Source: an uncultured delta proteobacterium (GTDB lineage: Bacteria; Myxococcota_A; Polyangia; Polyangiales; B10-G4). From it: 64,000 nucleotides of DNA. Location of the stretch: NCBI GenBank assembly GCA_963727445.1, contig CAVSGI010000014.1, positions 288,001-352,000 of the forward strand, in the 5' to 3' direction. The notes beneath the pieces were generated by a model. The model was not told where the DNA came from. It did not search any database and saw only the letters and a program-made list of their open reading frames with translations. A program made the position numbers and the translations under genes. Of the stretch, positions 42,074 to 51,782 are shown in pieces (positions within the stretch are counted from its first letter, which is position 1; each line of letters begins with the position of its first letter).

Positions 42074-43885
42074 ATGTGTAGCGAGAAGAAGATTTTCTCG
42101 CGGGTGGGGCTCTTTGCCCTTCTCGCCGTATTTGCGACCGCCTGCTTCGGGTCGCACGAAGACATCACGAGCGGCACAGGGCCGCTGGCCTCGGACGAGC
42201 CCGAGGAGCGCTTCATCGTCCACGTGAACGACTACGGGGCCGGCCTCGCCGCGATCCACGCGGCGGGAGGAGAGGTTCGCTTGGAGATCGAGAGCCGCGG
42301 CCTCGTATCGGTCGCCCTGCCCGATGGCGCGCTCGCGGCCCTCCGGCGCAGCCCGGCGGTCGACAGCATCGAGCGCGACCAGGTGCGTCGCCCGATGGCC
42401 GAGAGCATCCCCTGGGGCATCCGGCGCGTGCAGGCCGATCTCCTCGACGATGGAACGCCCGGCACGAAGATGGTCTGCATCATCGACGGCGGCTACTACC
42501 TCGGCCACGAGGATCTGCCCACAGCCCACGTCACGGGGGAGCCCGACGGATGGGACACCAGCGAGTGCCCGCACGGCACCCACGTCGCCGGGACCATCGC
42601 CGCCGTCGGTCACAACGACCTCGGCGTCATCGGCGTCAACCCGAGCACCATCCCCATCTACGCGGTGCAGGTCTTCGGCGGCACCGACTGCGGTTGGGTC
42701 TACAGCTCGACGCTCGTCGCGGCGGTGCAGGCCTGCGTCGCAGCCGGCGCCGACGTGATCAACATGAGCCTCGGCGGTGGCGGCTTCAGCACCGCCGAAG
42801 ACGACGCTTTCTCGGGCGCCCTCGCGGACGGCGTACTCTCCTTCGCGGCCGCGGGCAACGACAGCACCACGGGCCTGTCCTATCCGGCCTCGTACGACTC
42901 GGTCGTCTCCGTCGGCGCGACCGACGACACGGACGCCCGGGCTGACTTCTCCCAGCACAACGCCCAGGTCGAGGTCTCCGCGCCCGGCGTCGGCGTGCTC
43001 TCGACGGTGCAGTATCAGGCGAACAACGACCTGACCGTCGGCGGTGCGACCTACGAGGGCGGCTCGATGGAGGGCTCCATCGACGGCGACGCCACCGGTC
43101 CCCTCGTCGACGGCGGCGACTGCAACACCCGTCCAAGCCGCAACGCTTATCGCGGCCAGATCGTGCTCTGCCGTCGCGGCGGAGAGACCTTCCGCACCAA
43201 GGCCGACAACGTGAACCGCGGCGGTGCGGCCGGCATGCTCGTCTACAACAACGTGCCGGGGAGCTTCGGCGGCACCCTCGGGAGCGGCCGGGCATTCAAC
43301 TTCCCGATGGCCACGCTCAGCCAGGCCCAGGGCCAGGACGCAGTCGCGAACCACCTCGGAGAGGACGCCACGCTCCACGTCCTGACCATCGCCCCGGCGA
43401 GCGGTTACGACACCTACGACGGCACCTCGATGGCCACGCCCCACGCGGCCGGCGTCGCGGCGCTCGTCTGGCATCACGCAGAGACGGCCCTCGGCAGGGA
43501 CGTCAGCCCCCAAGAGATCCGCACCGCGCTCGGCGCGACCGGCTTGGATCCCACCACCGACCCCGCCACCGACGGCCGTGACGACTCGTTCGGCTACGGT
43601 ATCGTCCAGGCGGCGGATGCGCTGGCATACCTCACGAGCGGAACCACCACCCACGCGTGCGTCGCGGCTGCCGGTCAGGAGGTCACCGAGACCGACTGCG
43701 CCAACGGCATCGACGACGACTGCGACGGCACGGTCGACGCCGACGACAGCGACTGCGCCGGCGGCTCGAGCGGCGGCGGCACCACCTGCGGTGACCTCGC
43801 CCTGCCCGGCGACTCCTGTGACGTCGACGCAGACTGCTGCTTGAACGTCTGTCGCGGAAAGCCCGGCGCAAAGTCCTGCCGCTGA
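42074..43885 (+). CDS. S8 family subtilisin-like serine peptidase with PA domain and Cys-rich C-terminus (lipoprotein)
   Basis: IIDGG, HGTHVAGT, AAAGND, GTSMATPH; PA-like GQIVLCRRG...KA.N...GAAGMLVYNN; CANGIDDDCDGTVD repeat. Confidence 0.93.
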   Translation: MCSEKKIFSRVGLFALLAVFATACFGSHEDITSGTGPLASDEPEERFIVHVNDYGAGLAAIHAAGGEVRLEIESRGLVSVALPDGALAALRRSPAVDSIERDQVRRPMAESIPWGIRRVQADLLDDGTPGTKMVCIIDGGYYLGHEDLPTAHVTGEPDGWDTSECPHGTHVAGTIAAVGHNDLGVIGVNPSTIPIYAVQVFGGTDCGWVYSSTLVAAVQACVAAGADVINMSLGGGGFSTAEDDAFSGALADGVLSFAAAGNDSTTGLSYPASYDSVVSVGATDDTDARADFSQHNAQVEVSAPGVGVLSTVQYQANNDLTVGGATYEGGSMEGSIDGDATGPLVDGGDCNTRPSRNAYRGQIVLCRRGGETFRTKADNVNRGGAAGMLVYNNVPGSFGGTLGSGRAFNFPMATLSQAQGQDAVANHLGEDATLHVLTIAPASGYDTYDGTSMATPHAAGVAALVWHHAETALGRDVSPQEIRTALGATGLDPTTDPATDGRDDSFGYGIVQAADALAYLTSGTTTHACVAAAGQEVTETDCANGIDDDCDGTVDADDSDCAGGSSGGGTTCGDLALPGDSCDVDADCCLNVCRGKPGAKSCR

Positions 43886-43920
43886 CCCGAACGAGCGGGT
43901 CCTCCGCTCGACCCCAGACA

Positions 43921-43958
43921 CGCCTCCGAGGCTTCCGCCTCGGGGGCGTTTTCGTTTT
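43921..43958 (+). terminator. Rho-independent terminator after the subtilase gene
   Basis: CGCCTCCGAGGC-TTCC-GCCTCGGGGGCG hairpin followed by TTTTCGTTTT. Confidence 0.85.
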
Positions 43959-43961
43959 CGG

Positions 43962-45726
43962 CTAGTTGCCCAGGCGCACGACGAGGCGCGCCGTTCCGTC
44001 GGCGGCGATGTTCACGCGCCGATCGATCGGCGGCCCCTCGCCGTAAGGCATGAGGCGGACACGTCGCGTGCCAGCGGGAAGCTGGACCTCGGTGGGCGAG
44101 CGACCGACGTGACGCCCGTCCACGTAGATGTCGGCCCACCCCGGCGGCGTCGCGACGTGAAGACGCCCGCGCCCGACAGCGGCGGTCATGGCCGCGATCA
44201 TGCGCGGGCGACGGGACATGTCGGTGGAAGGCGTGTCGGCCGCCACATCCACCACCGCAACGGACTCCGCTCCCGTTCCCGCTTCCGTTCCCGCTCCCGT
44301 TCCCGTTCCCGTTCCCGTTTCCGCTCCCGTTCCCGTTCCCGTTTCCGCTTCCGCTTCCGCTTCCGTTCCCGTTCCCGTTCCCGTTCCCGTTCCCGTTTCC
44401 GCTTCCGTTCCCGTTCCCGTTCCCGTTCCCGTTTCCGCTTCCGTTCCCGCTCCCGTTTCCGTTCCCGTTCCCGTTCCCGCTGCCGCCTCCGAATCCCCCC
44501 CCCATACTCACGGCCGCAAAGGTCCCCGCGCCAGCGACCAGGCCCACCGCGATCAGCGCCGGCACGATCCAGCGCCTGCGCCCCTCGGAGACGTTGGTGG
44601 CGATGGTGCGGCTGGGCATCGACGCCGTGCCCGACTCGCCTTCCAGCGAGAGCATCGGCGCTGTGCGCACCGCCGAGGTCGACGGCTCCTCGGGATCCAT
44701 CTTTCGCGCGCGGTCCAGGAGCTCGGCGCGCTTCTTCCGCTCCTCCGCGTACAAGCTGTCCATCAGATCGGCGAGGTCGGCGCTGGTGGCGCCGCCGCTC
44801 AGACCGACCACGCGCGCGAGCTCGCGCCCCATCTCGCGCGCGGTCGTGAAGCGCTTGTCCGGATCTCGCTCGAGGGCGCGCATCACGATCGCGTCGAGCT
44901 CGGGCGGCACCTGCGGGCGAATCGTAGAGGGGGGCTCGATGGGTGCGTTCACCACCGCCGAGAGCGTCTCGAACTCACCGTCACGGCGGAAGAGACGGCG
45001 ACGCGTGAGCATCTCCCAGAGCGACACGCCCAGAGACCAGATGTCGCTGCGCCGATCGAGGGGCTTCTGCCGCGCCTGCTCCGGAGACATGTAGGCGAAC
45101 TTGCCCTTGAGGGTGCCGGTGTTGGTCTCGTGCATGCGGCCGACCGCGCTCGCGACCCCGAAGTCGACGACGCGCACCGAGCCGTCGTAGCCGACGAAGA
45201 GGTTGTGCGGGGTCATGTCGCGGTGCACGACGTGCAGCGGCTTTCCGTCCTCGCCCTTCAGCTCGTGCGCCGCGTGCAGCCCCTCGCACGCCTGCTGGAA
45301 GATGTACCCGACCAGCGCGGGGAAGCGATCGGCCGGGACCGCATCGGGGTTTTTGGAGAGGGTTCGCGCGAGCCGCGCCGCGGTCTCGCCGACCAGGTAC
45401 TCCATCGCCAGGAAGTACGTGCCGTCCGCCTCGCCGAAATCGAAGACCGTGCAGACGTTCGGGTGGTTGATGCCCGAGGCGATGCGCGCCTCGTCGAGGA
45501 ACATCTCGACGAAGTCCGTCTCCTTGGCGAGGTGCGGATGGATGATCTTGATCGCGACCAGCTTCTGAAAGCCCGCGGCCCCACTGACACGGCCGAGGTA
45601 CACCGTGGCCATCCCGCCGGAAGCCAGCTCATAACAGAGGACGTAGCGGCCCAGCTTTCGCCCGCGCTTCACCGGGTCGGGGATCAAGTCCGAGTCGGCG
45701 AGCTCGATCTCTTTGGGCTCACCCAA
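43962..45726 (-). CDS. Ser/Thr protein kinase with TM, Thr/Gly/Glu linker and C-terminal PEGA-like domain; frameshift at a G9 tract (44495-44503)
   Basis: [37 protein letters not shown]. Removing one G joins the kinase to ORF 43962-44255 ([17 protein letters not shown]...LPAG). Confidence 0.85.
44265..44480. repeat. Degenerate hexamer tandem repeat (CCCGTT/TCCGCT)n in the kinase linker
   Basis: About 35 hexamer units; in the probable true frame they encode [10 protein letters not shown].... Confidence 0.9.
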
Positions 45727-45728
45727 GA

Positions 45729-46547
45729 TCAGAACCGGACCGTGAAGGGATCGAGCTGCGAGCTCTCGCCACCGCCGCTGCTGAGCGCGACGGCCAACGC
45801 GATGGCGACGCCCGCGACCACCGCCAGCCCGATGCCGAGCCCGATCCACAAACCGGCGCCGCCGCCACCTTCGTCGTCCTCCGCCGTCTCGCCACCCGTC
45901 GCGGCGAGCACGTCACCGCCGGCCTCGCCCCCCCCGCCGAAGCGGTGCGGGCTCGACGCCGAGCCCGAAGACGCGAGCACCGCGCCGCCCGGTCCGATCG
46001 CCTCGACGTAATACTCCACGGGTCCATCCGTGCTGACGAAGAGAGGCGCATCATCCGACCTCTCCCATGCGGACGCCGCGTCCGGGCGCCCGGATATCCG
46101 TACGGTGCGAACCAGGTGTTGGACGTCGTTCTGGGCATCCGCACGCACCGTGACCCCGCCGCCTTCGATCGCGGGTGTCGCCACTACGCGGATGGCACCC
46201 GATGCATTCGCGCGGGCATCCGCAAAGGCGCGCCGCACCTCCGGCACCGCGCGTCGGTCGAACGCGTAGTTCGGCGCGACGACCGCCAATCGCGCGAGGT
46301 CCGCGTTCATCGCGTCGTCGTTGTTGAGTGCACGGTTCACGAGCGCGCGCACCGCGAAGAGGTCCGCCAGCTCCTCGACGGTCAGATCTTCGCCAGCCTC
46401 GGCAGTGGCCAACGTGTCGAGGGCATCGACGAAGAGCGCCTCGCCGAGCTGCTCCCGGGCTTGGTCCACGAGGGGATGGGCGCTGGCGGTGACGGGGACG
46501 CCCAGCGTCGCCAGCACACCCAGAACGAAGATGGTTCGCAACCTCAT
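45729..46547 (-). CDS. Exported helical protein with C-terminal TM anchor
   Basis: Signal peptide ending ASA-H, a TPR-like helical region, C-terminal LWIGLGIGLAVVAGVAIALAVAL; lies directly upstream of the kinase. Confidence 0.7.
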   Translation of the reverse strand: MRLRTIFVLGVLATLGVPVTASAHPLVDQAREQLGEALFVDALDTLATAEAGEDLTVEELADLFAVRALVNRALNNDDAMNADLARLAVVAPNYAFDRRAVPEVRRAFADARANASGAIRVVATPAIEGGGVTVRADAQNDVQHLVRTVRISGRPDAASAWERSDDAPLFVSTDGPVEYYVEAIGPGGAVLASSGSASSPHRFGGGGEAGGDVLAATGGETAEDDEGGGGAGLWIGLGIGLAVVAGVAIALAVALSSGGGESSQLDPFTVRF

Positions 46548-46590
46548 TGGCGAGCCTTGTCGCAGATCGTATCATCATCCGGCCGAGCAG

Positions 46591-48390
46591 ATGATCCGAA
46601 CGCTCAACGCCTGCGCGGCCGTCCTCGTCGCTTCATCGACGTTGCTCGCGGCCTGCTCCTCTTCCAACCTCGCGTGGGTATTCGAGTTCGGCGACCAGAC
46701 GCTGGCTGACCGAGCGGTCATCGTAGAAGGCCAGGTGCGCCAGGGGGGCTGCGACGGGGCGGTGATCTGGAGCGCCCGCGCCACCCGCGACAGCGCCGCC
46801 GACATGTCGCCCCCCGAGCTCGCCGCCGGCACCTACGGCCTCGCCGGCGTCGCCATCGACGGCGACTGCGTCGAATTCGCCACGGGATGCGTGGAGATCA
46901 CCGTCCCCTCCGGAGATGAGACGACCACCGTCACCCTCACCGCCTCGGCCGAGGACACGATGTGTCCACCGGAGCAATGCATGGACGGCACCTGCAGCGG
47001 CATGGGCGACGCGGCTATGGACGGCGCGATGGATGCGCCGCCCGACACCCCGGCGAGTGACGGCGCGCTCGACGGCGACACCGCAGTCGGCGATGCCGAC
47101 GCCGACGCGGCCGACACCGCCGTGATGGACACCAGCGTCAGCTGCACCGGCGACGGGGACTGCACCGGGGGCACCTGCGTCGGCGGCAGCTGCTGCTTCG
47201 GCTGTGTCGCCTTCGGCGCGTGCGTGAGCGGCGACGACGACGGCGCCTGCGGCCGCGGCGGCGGCGCGTGCGACGCCTGCACCTGCCCCACCGATCACTG
47301 CAACGCGGGCACCTGCGAGGTCGGCCACCCCATCAGCGCCCTCGCGACGAGCAGCACCAGCACCTGCGCCATGTCGATGGGACAGCTCTACTGCTGGGGC
47401 CAGAACGACTACGGCCAGCTAGCGCTTGGCGCGCCGAGCGCGAACCACTCGACGCCACAGACCGCGAGCACGAGCGTCGCTTTCGACGCCCTCGCCGATG
47501 GAGACAACATGTTCGCCGCGCTCGAGGGTGGCGATCTCTACGCGTGGGGCCGCAACGGCGACGGTCAGCTCGGGCTCGGCGACACGAGCGATCGCTGGAT
47601 GCCGGTGCGCGTGGGAACCGACACGACGTGGACGATGGTCGAATCCGGCAAGGGTGGTGACCACACCTGTGGTCTGCGCGGCACGGACCTCTACTGCTGG
47701 GGCCAGGGCAACTATGGCCAGGTCGGCGTCGGCGGCCTGCCCCCGGTTGTCTCGACGCCGACGATGATCGCCGGCAGTTGGATCGACGTGGCGCTGGGTC
47801 ACCATTTCACCTGCGGGATCAAGAGCGACGGAAGCCTGTGGTGCTGGGGGGACAACGTCCTCGGCCAGCTGGGCCTCGGCGACGCGGGCATGGGCACGGG
47901 GCGGTCCACCCCCACCCGGGTCGGTTCGGCCACCGATTGGACGCACGTCGCGGCGGGAGACAGTCACGCCTGCGGCCTGCGCGGGGCCGGCACACTCTGG
48001 TGCTGGGGGCAGAACGACCACGGAGAGCTCGGCCTCGGAAACCGCCTGACGACGATCTACACCCCGACACAGGCAGGCACCGAGAGCGATTGGGTGGAGC
48101 TCGAGGGGGGCGAGGACCACACCTGTGGCACTCGCGCCGGCGGGTCGCTCTGGTGTTGGGGCATCAACACTTCGGGCCAGTGCGGCAACGGGAGCTCGGG
48201 GGGTGCGGACGTCCTCGATCCCACGCGGATGGAGTCCGCCACTGGCTGGTCCCAGCTCGACCTGGGCCTTGATTTCGGATGCGTCGTGGACCCAGACGAC
48301 GCTCTCTACTGCTGGGGCCGGAACGAGACCGGCGCGCTCGGCATCGGCGTCACCACCGTGCACCGGATAATGCAGGCCGTCTGCTGGTGA
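46591..48390 (+). CDS. RCC1/BLIP-II repeat lipoprotein with Cys-rich linker
   Basis: Lipobox LAAC; seven (H)TCG...LxCWGxNxxGQLG-type repeats. Confidence 0.9.
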   Translation: MIRTLNACAAVLVASSTLLAACSSSNLAWVFEFGDQTLADRAVIVEGQVRQGGCDGAVIWSARATRDSAADMSPPELAAGTYGLAGVAIDGDCVEFATGCVEITVPSGDETTTVTLTASAEDTMCPPEQCMDGTCSGMGDAAMDGAMDAPPDTPASDGALDGDTAVGDADADAADTAVMDTSVSCTGDGDCTGGTCVGGSCCFGCVAFGACVSGDDDGACGRGGGACDACTCPTDHCNAGTCEVGHPISALATSSTSTCAMSMGQLYCWGQNDYGQLALGAPSANHSTPQTASTSVAFDALADGDNMFAALEGGDLYAWGRNGDGQLGLGDTSDRWMPVRVGTDTTWTMVESGKGGDHTCGLRGTDLYCWGQGNYGQVGVGGLPPVVSTPTMIAGSWIDVALGHHFTCGIKSDGSLWCWGDNVLGQLGLGDAGMGTGRSTPTRVGSATDWTHVAAGDSHACGLRGAGTLWCWGQNDHGELGLGNRLTTIYTPTQAGTESDWVELEGGEDHTCGTRAGGSLWCWGINTSGQCGNGSSGGADVLDPTRMESATGWSQLDLGLDFGCVVDPDDALYCWGRNETGALGIGVTTVHRIMQAVCW

Positions 48391-48444
48391 GCGGAAGCCT
48401 CCGCTCGATGGCGGCACGTGAGGTATCATCCGTTGGGGGGTCAC

Positions 48445-48987
48445 ATGGACCGACTTGCCTCGACCATCGGCTGCATCGTCGTCCTTTCATCGTGCGGGGG
48501 AGGCGCGGGGGGTGGCAGCGGCTTCCCACCCGACTACCCGGGCAGCGAGGCCGCCCACGAGCGGACGTCGGCCGCCGGCGAGCCCGCGGGAGACGCCTTC
48601 GGCGACGAGCTCACGCTCGTCTATCAGGACGCGCAGAGCGCCTGCTTCGATGGGCTCTTCCGCGCCGCCTTCAGAGACGACGGCCGGCTCTCCGCCGCCA
48701 CCATCACCTGCACCGAGGACGACTCGCACGCTACCGCCAGCGTCACCGCCGAGATGGTGTCCGTCTACGACTACGGAGAGGGTGGCGATCTCGAAGACGT
48801 GGTCACCGAGGACATCACCTCCGACGCCTACGCCGAGGCGTCCCTGGCGCCGCCCGAGCCTCCGGCCACCCGCGTGGTCGAACGGCGCGCCCGGATCTGC
48901 TGCGAGATCGCGGCGAGCGACCACCTCCAGGTCCAGGTCAACGGCGCCGGAGGCGGCTCGTTGACCTTCGACTTCGACGGGACCTGA
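48445..48987 (+). CDS. Hypothetical lipoprotein
   Basis: MDRLASTIGCIVVLSSCGG lipobox-like start; host-like codon usage. Confidence 0.65.
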   Translation: MDRLASTIGCIVVLSSCGGGAGGGSGFPPDYPGSEAAHERTSAAGEPAGDAFGDELTLVYQDAQSACFDGLFRAAFRDDGRLSAATITCTEDDSHATASVTAEMVSVYDYGEGGDLEDVVTEDITSDAYAEASLAPPEPPATRVVERRARICCEIAASDHLQVQVNGAGGGSLTFDFDGT

Positions 48988-49047
48988 AGGGCCGATAGCA
49001 GTAGCCGCGCGAGCCGCCCCCTGGCTACGCTCGCCCGTCACCGCGCC

Positions 49048-50901
49048 ATGGGCCTCCACTTCCACAACACCGCGGCGTTCAGCGTCGCCCTGGCTCTCGC
49101 CGCGGGGATGGTGGGGCAGACCCTCGCCTATCACCTGCGACTGCCCGGCATCGTGGTGCTGCTCTTCTTCGGTGTGCTCCTCGGGCCGGACGTCGGCAAC
49201 CTCGTCCAGCCTCAGCTGCTCGGGGACGGCCTTCCGGCGCTCGTCGGCTTCGCGGTGGCCATCATCCTCTTCGAAGGCGGGATGAACCTCGACATTCGCC
49301 GCGTGCGAAGCGAGGAGAAGCCGATCCGCAAGCTCATCACCATCGGCGCGTTCGTGAGCCTGGTGGTGGGAATGCTCCTGGCGATGATCGTGATGGGGTG
49401 GGAGTGGCAGCGCTCGTTGCTCTTCGGGACGCTCGTGATCGTCACCGGGCCCACGGTGGTCACGCCGCTCCTCAGGCGCCTCAACGTCCAGCGCAGTGTC
49501 GCCACCGTGCTCGAAGCCGAGGGCGTGCTCATCGACGCGGTGGGCGCCATCACCGCCGCGGTCGCCCTCGAGCTGGTCGTCTCGCCTTCGGGAACCGACC
49601 TGGTCCTCGCGCTGCCTGCGATCTTCGGGCGTCTGGTCTTCGGAACGGTGCTCGGGCTGGTCGGTGGGCTCGCGTTCGGACTCGTCCTTCGCTACCGCAA
49701 CGTGATCCCCGAAGGCTACGAGACGGTCTTCACGCTGGCCTGCGCGGTCGCCGTCTTTCAGTGCTCCAACTCCTTCGTCCACGAGAGCGGCATCGCGGCG
49801 GTGACGGTGGCGGGGCTGGTGGTCGGCAATCTCCACATCCACGCCCATCACGAGATCGCGGAGTTCAAAGAGCAGCTAACCGTGATGCTGATCGGCATGC
49901 TCTTCGTTCTGTTGGTCGCGGACGTGCGCCTCGCCGACGTCGCCGCCCTCGGATGGCAGGGCGGGGTGGTCGCGGCGGGCTCCATCGTGCTGGTGCGACC
50001 GCTGAGCGTCGCCGCGAGCACCTATCGAACGCGGCTGACCACCAAGGAGCGCATCTTCATCGGCGCGATTGGACCGCGCGGCATCGTCGCAGCCGCGGTC
50101 GCGTCGATCTTCGGCTTCGAGCTCGCCTCGGCCGGCATGCGCGGCGGCACCGCGCTCCGCTCGCTGGTCTTCCTGGTCATCGCCGTCACCGTGGTGTGGT
50201 CCGCCCTCACCGGCGGGCTCGCCGCTTCACTACTGAAGCTCCGCCGGCGCACGGGCGCGGGATGGATCGTCCTCGGCGGAAACCCACTCGCGCGCCTGCT
50301 CGCCCGGGAGCTTCAGAGCGCCGGCTGCGAGGTGGTCGCCATCGACAACGACGCTCAGAACATCGCCGCTTACGAGCAGGCCGGCGTGCGCGCGATCCGC
50401 GGCAACGCCCTCGAGCAGAGCGTGCACGAACGTGCCGAGCTCGACACCCGCGCCGGCGCCATCGCCGCCACCACCAACGAAGACGTGAACTATCTCTTCG
50501 GCGAAAAGGCGCGGCTCAATCATCGCGCCATCCGCTACCCGGTGGTCCTCACCCGCTGGGACGAAGGCGTCACCGAGCGCATGGTCGACGACTTCGGCGG
50601 TGAGGTGATGTGCGGCTCCGCGGTCGCCGTGAGCGCGTGGGCGAAGCGCCTCGACGCCACCGAGGCGACCTTCGAGTGGTTCCGCTTCGAGGGCAATCGC
50701 AAGTCGCCCTCCTTCTTCACCCCCACCGACGCCGACCCGCCCTATCTCGCACTGCTCCGAAGACGCAAGAAGGTCGCGGAGCCCGTGACGGGACGCACGC
50801 GTATCCGCAAGGGCGACCGCATCGCGTTCCTGATTCACGAAGAGCGTCGGGAACGCGCGGAAAAGGCGCTCGCCATCTGCGGCTTGCGCAAAGCAGGCTG
50901 A
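49048..50901 (+). CDS. CPA1/NhaP-type cation:proton antiporter with C-terminal TrkA-N (RCK) domain
   Basis: AIILFEGG, VTGPTVV.PLL, LEAEGVLIDAVG, GPRGIVAAAVAS; IVLGGN...VVAID. Confidence 0.9.
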   Translation: MGLHFHNTAAFSVALALAAGMVGQTLAYHLRLPGIVVLLFFGVLLGPDVGNLVQPQLLGDGLPALVGFAVAIILFEGGMNLDIRRVRSEEKPIRKLITIGAFVSLVVGMLLAMIVMGWEWQRSLLFGTLVIVTGPTVVTPLLRRLNVQRSVATVLEAEGVLIDAVGAITAAVALELVVSPSGTDLVLALPAIFGRLVFGTVLGLVGGLAFGLVLRYRNVIPEGYETVFTLACAVAVFQCSNSFVHESGIAAVTVAGLVVGNLHIHAHHEIAEFKEQLTVMLIGMLFVLLVADVRLADVAALGWQGGVVAAGSIVLVRPLSVAASTYRTRLTTKERIFIGAIGPRGIVAAAVASIFGFELASAGMRGGTALRSLVFLVIAVTVVWSALTGGLAASLLKLRRRTGAGWIVLGGNPLARLLARELQSAGCEVVAIDNDAQNIAAYEQAGVRAIRGNALEQSVHERAELDTRAGAIAATTNEDVNYLFGEKARLNHRAIRYPVVLTRWDEGVTERMVDDFGGEVMCGSAVAVSAWAKRLDATEATFEWFRFEGNRKSPSFFTPTDADPPYLALLRRRKKVAEPVTGRTRIRKGDRIAFLIHEERRERAEKALAICGLRKAG

Positions 50902-50960
50902 GCGCCGCAGCAGCAAAAGACCCTCTGGATCGGCGCGGCGATGCGGCCTACCGTTCGGTC

Positions 50961-51740
50961 GTGGCAACCCCTCCTGGTGACGTCGGTCTCTCCATCCTCA
51001 GAACGGTGCTCGAAGAGCACGTGTCGCTGGAGCTGGCACCGAAGCTCCTCTTCGCAGCGCTCTCCAAGCTCCCCCCCGAGGCGGACATCCCGAAGGTGGA
51101 ATCGGAGGTGCGAAGCTTCATCAACGGACCCCTGGCCCAGGTGCTGCACGAAAAGCTCGGCACCGAAGACGGCGGCGTCGTTCACGCGTCCCTCATCAGC
51201 GCCCTCGCCAAGGAAGCCGGCACGCTGCCGCCGCCGGGCTCGCCCGCGGCGGAAGAAGAGGTGTGGGTGGACGTCGCCCTGCCCGAGAGCTTCCCCTCCG
51301 ATTCGCCGGCGCCCTTCGCCGAGTCGCGGCCGACCCTCGAGGTCGACATCAACGCGCTGCGCGGCGAGACGACCATGCTCCTGATCATCGCCCGCACCAC
51401 CCGCCTCGCGCGGTGGATCCGCGCGGCCTTCGGCGGCGAGCGCGTCACCACCTCGGTCAGCACCAACATCGGCGAGTCTCGCGAGCGCATGAAGGTGCTC
51501 AAGCCGAACATCATCATCATCGACGGCCAGGATTCGGCCGACGCCTCTCCGGGTGAGCTGGCGATGCTCCTCACCGGGGCGCCCGAGACCGCCCTGGTGA
51601 TCCTCTGGGCCGCCGACCAGCCGGGCGGAAGCGCCGCCGCCGCCTCCTTCGAAGCCAACGGAAACCGCTTCGTCCCCGTGCCCCGGGGCGCCGGCTTCGA
51701 GCCGATGCTCGACTACATCCGCGCCCGCGTGTCGGGCTAG
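50961..51740 (+). CDS. Hypothetical cytoplasmic protein with a degenerate receiver-like C-terminal domain
   Basis: GTG start; C-terminal LLIIAR...KPNIIIIDG...ALVILWA alpha/beta pattern lacking the N-terminal acidic pair. Confidence 0.55.
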   Translation: MATPPGDVGLSILRTVLEEHVSLELAPKLLFAALSKLPPEADIPKVESEVRSFINGPLAQVLHEKLGTEDGGVVHASLISALAKEAGTLPPPGSPAAEEEVWVDVALPESFPSDSPAPFAESRPTLEVDINALRGETTMLLIIARTTRLARWIRAAFGGERVTTSVSTNIGESRERMKVLKPNIIIIDGQDSADASPGELAMLLTGAPETALVILWAADQPGGSAAAASFEANGNRFVPVPRGAGFEPMLDYIRARVSG

Positions 51741-51782
51741 CGCCTGGTTGAAGGGCGGTGTCGATCGGCTAGTCTGCGCGCC

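Noticed and set aside
44109..44849. Arg/Ser-rich RSRSRFR ORF
   Set aside because: It is an antisense reading of the hexamer linker in the kinase gene.
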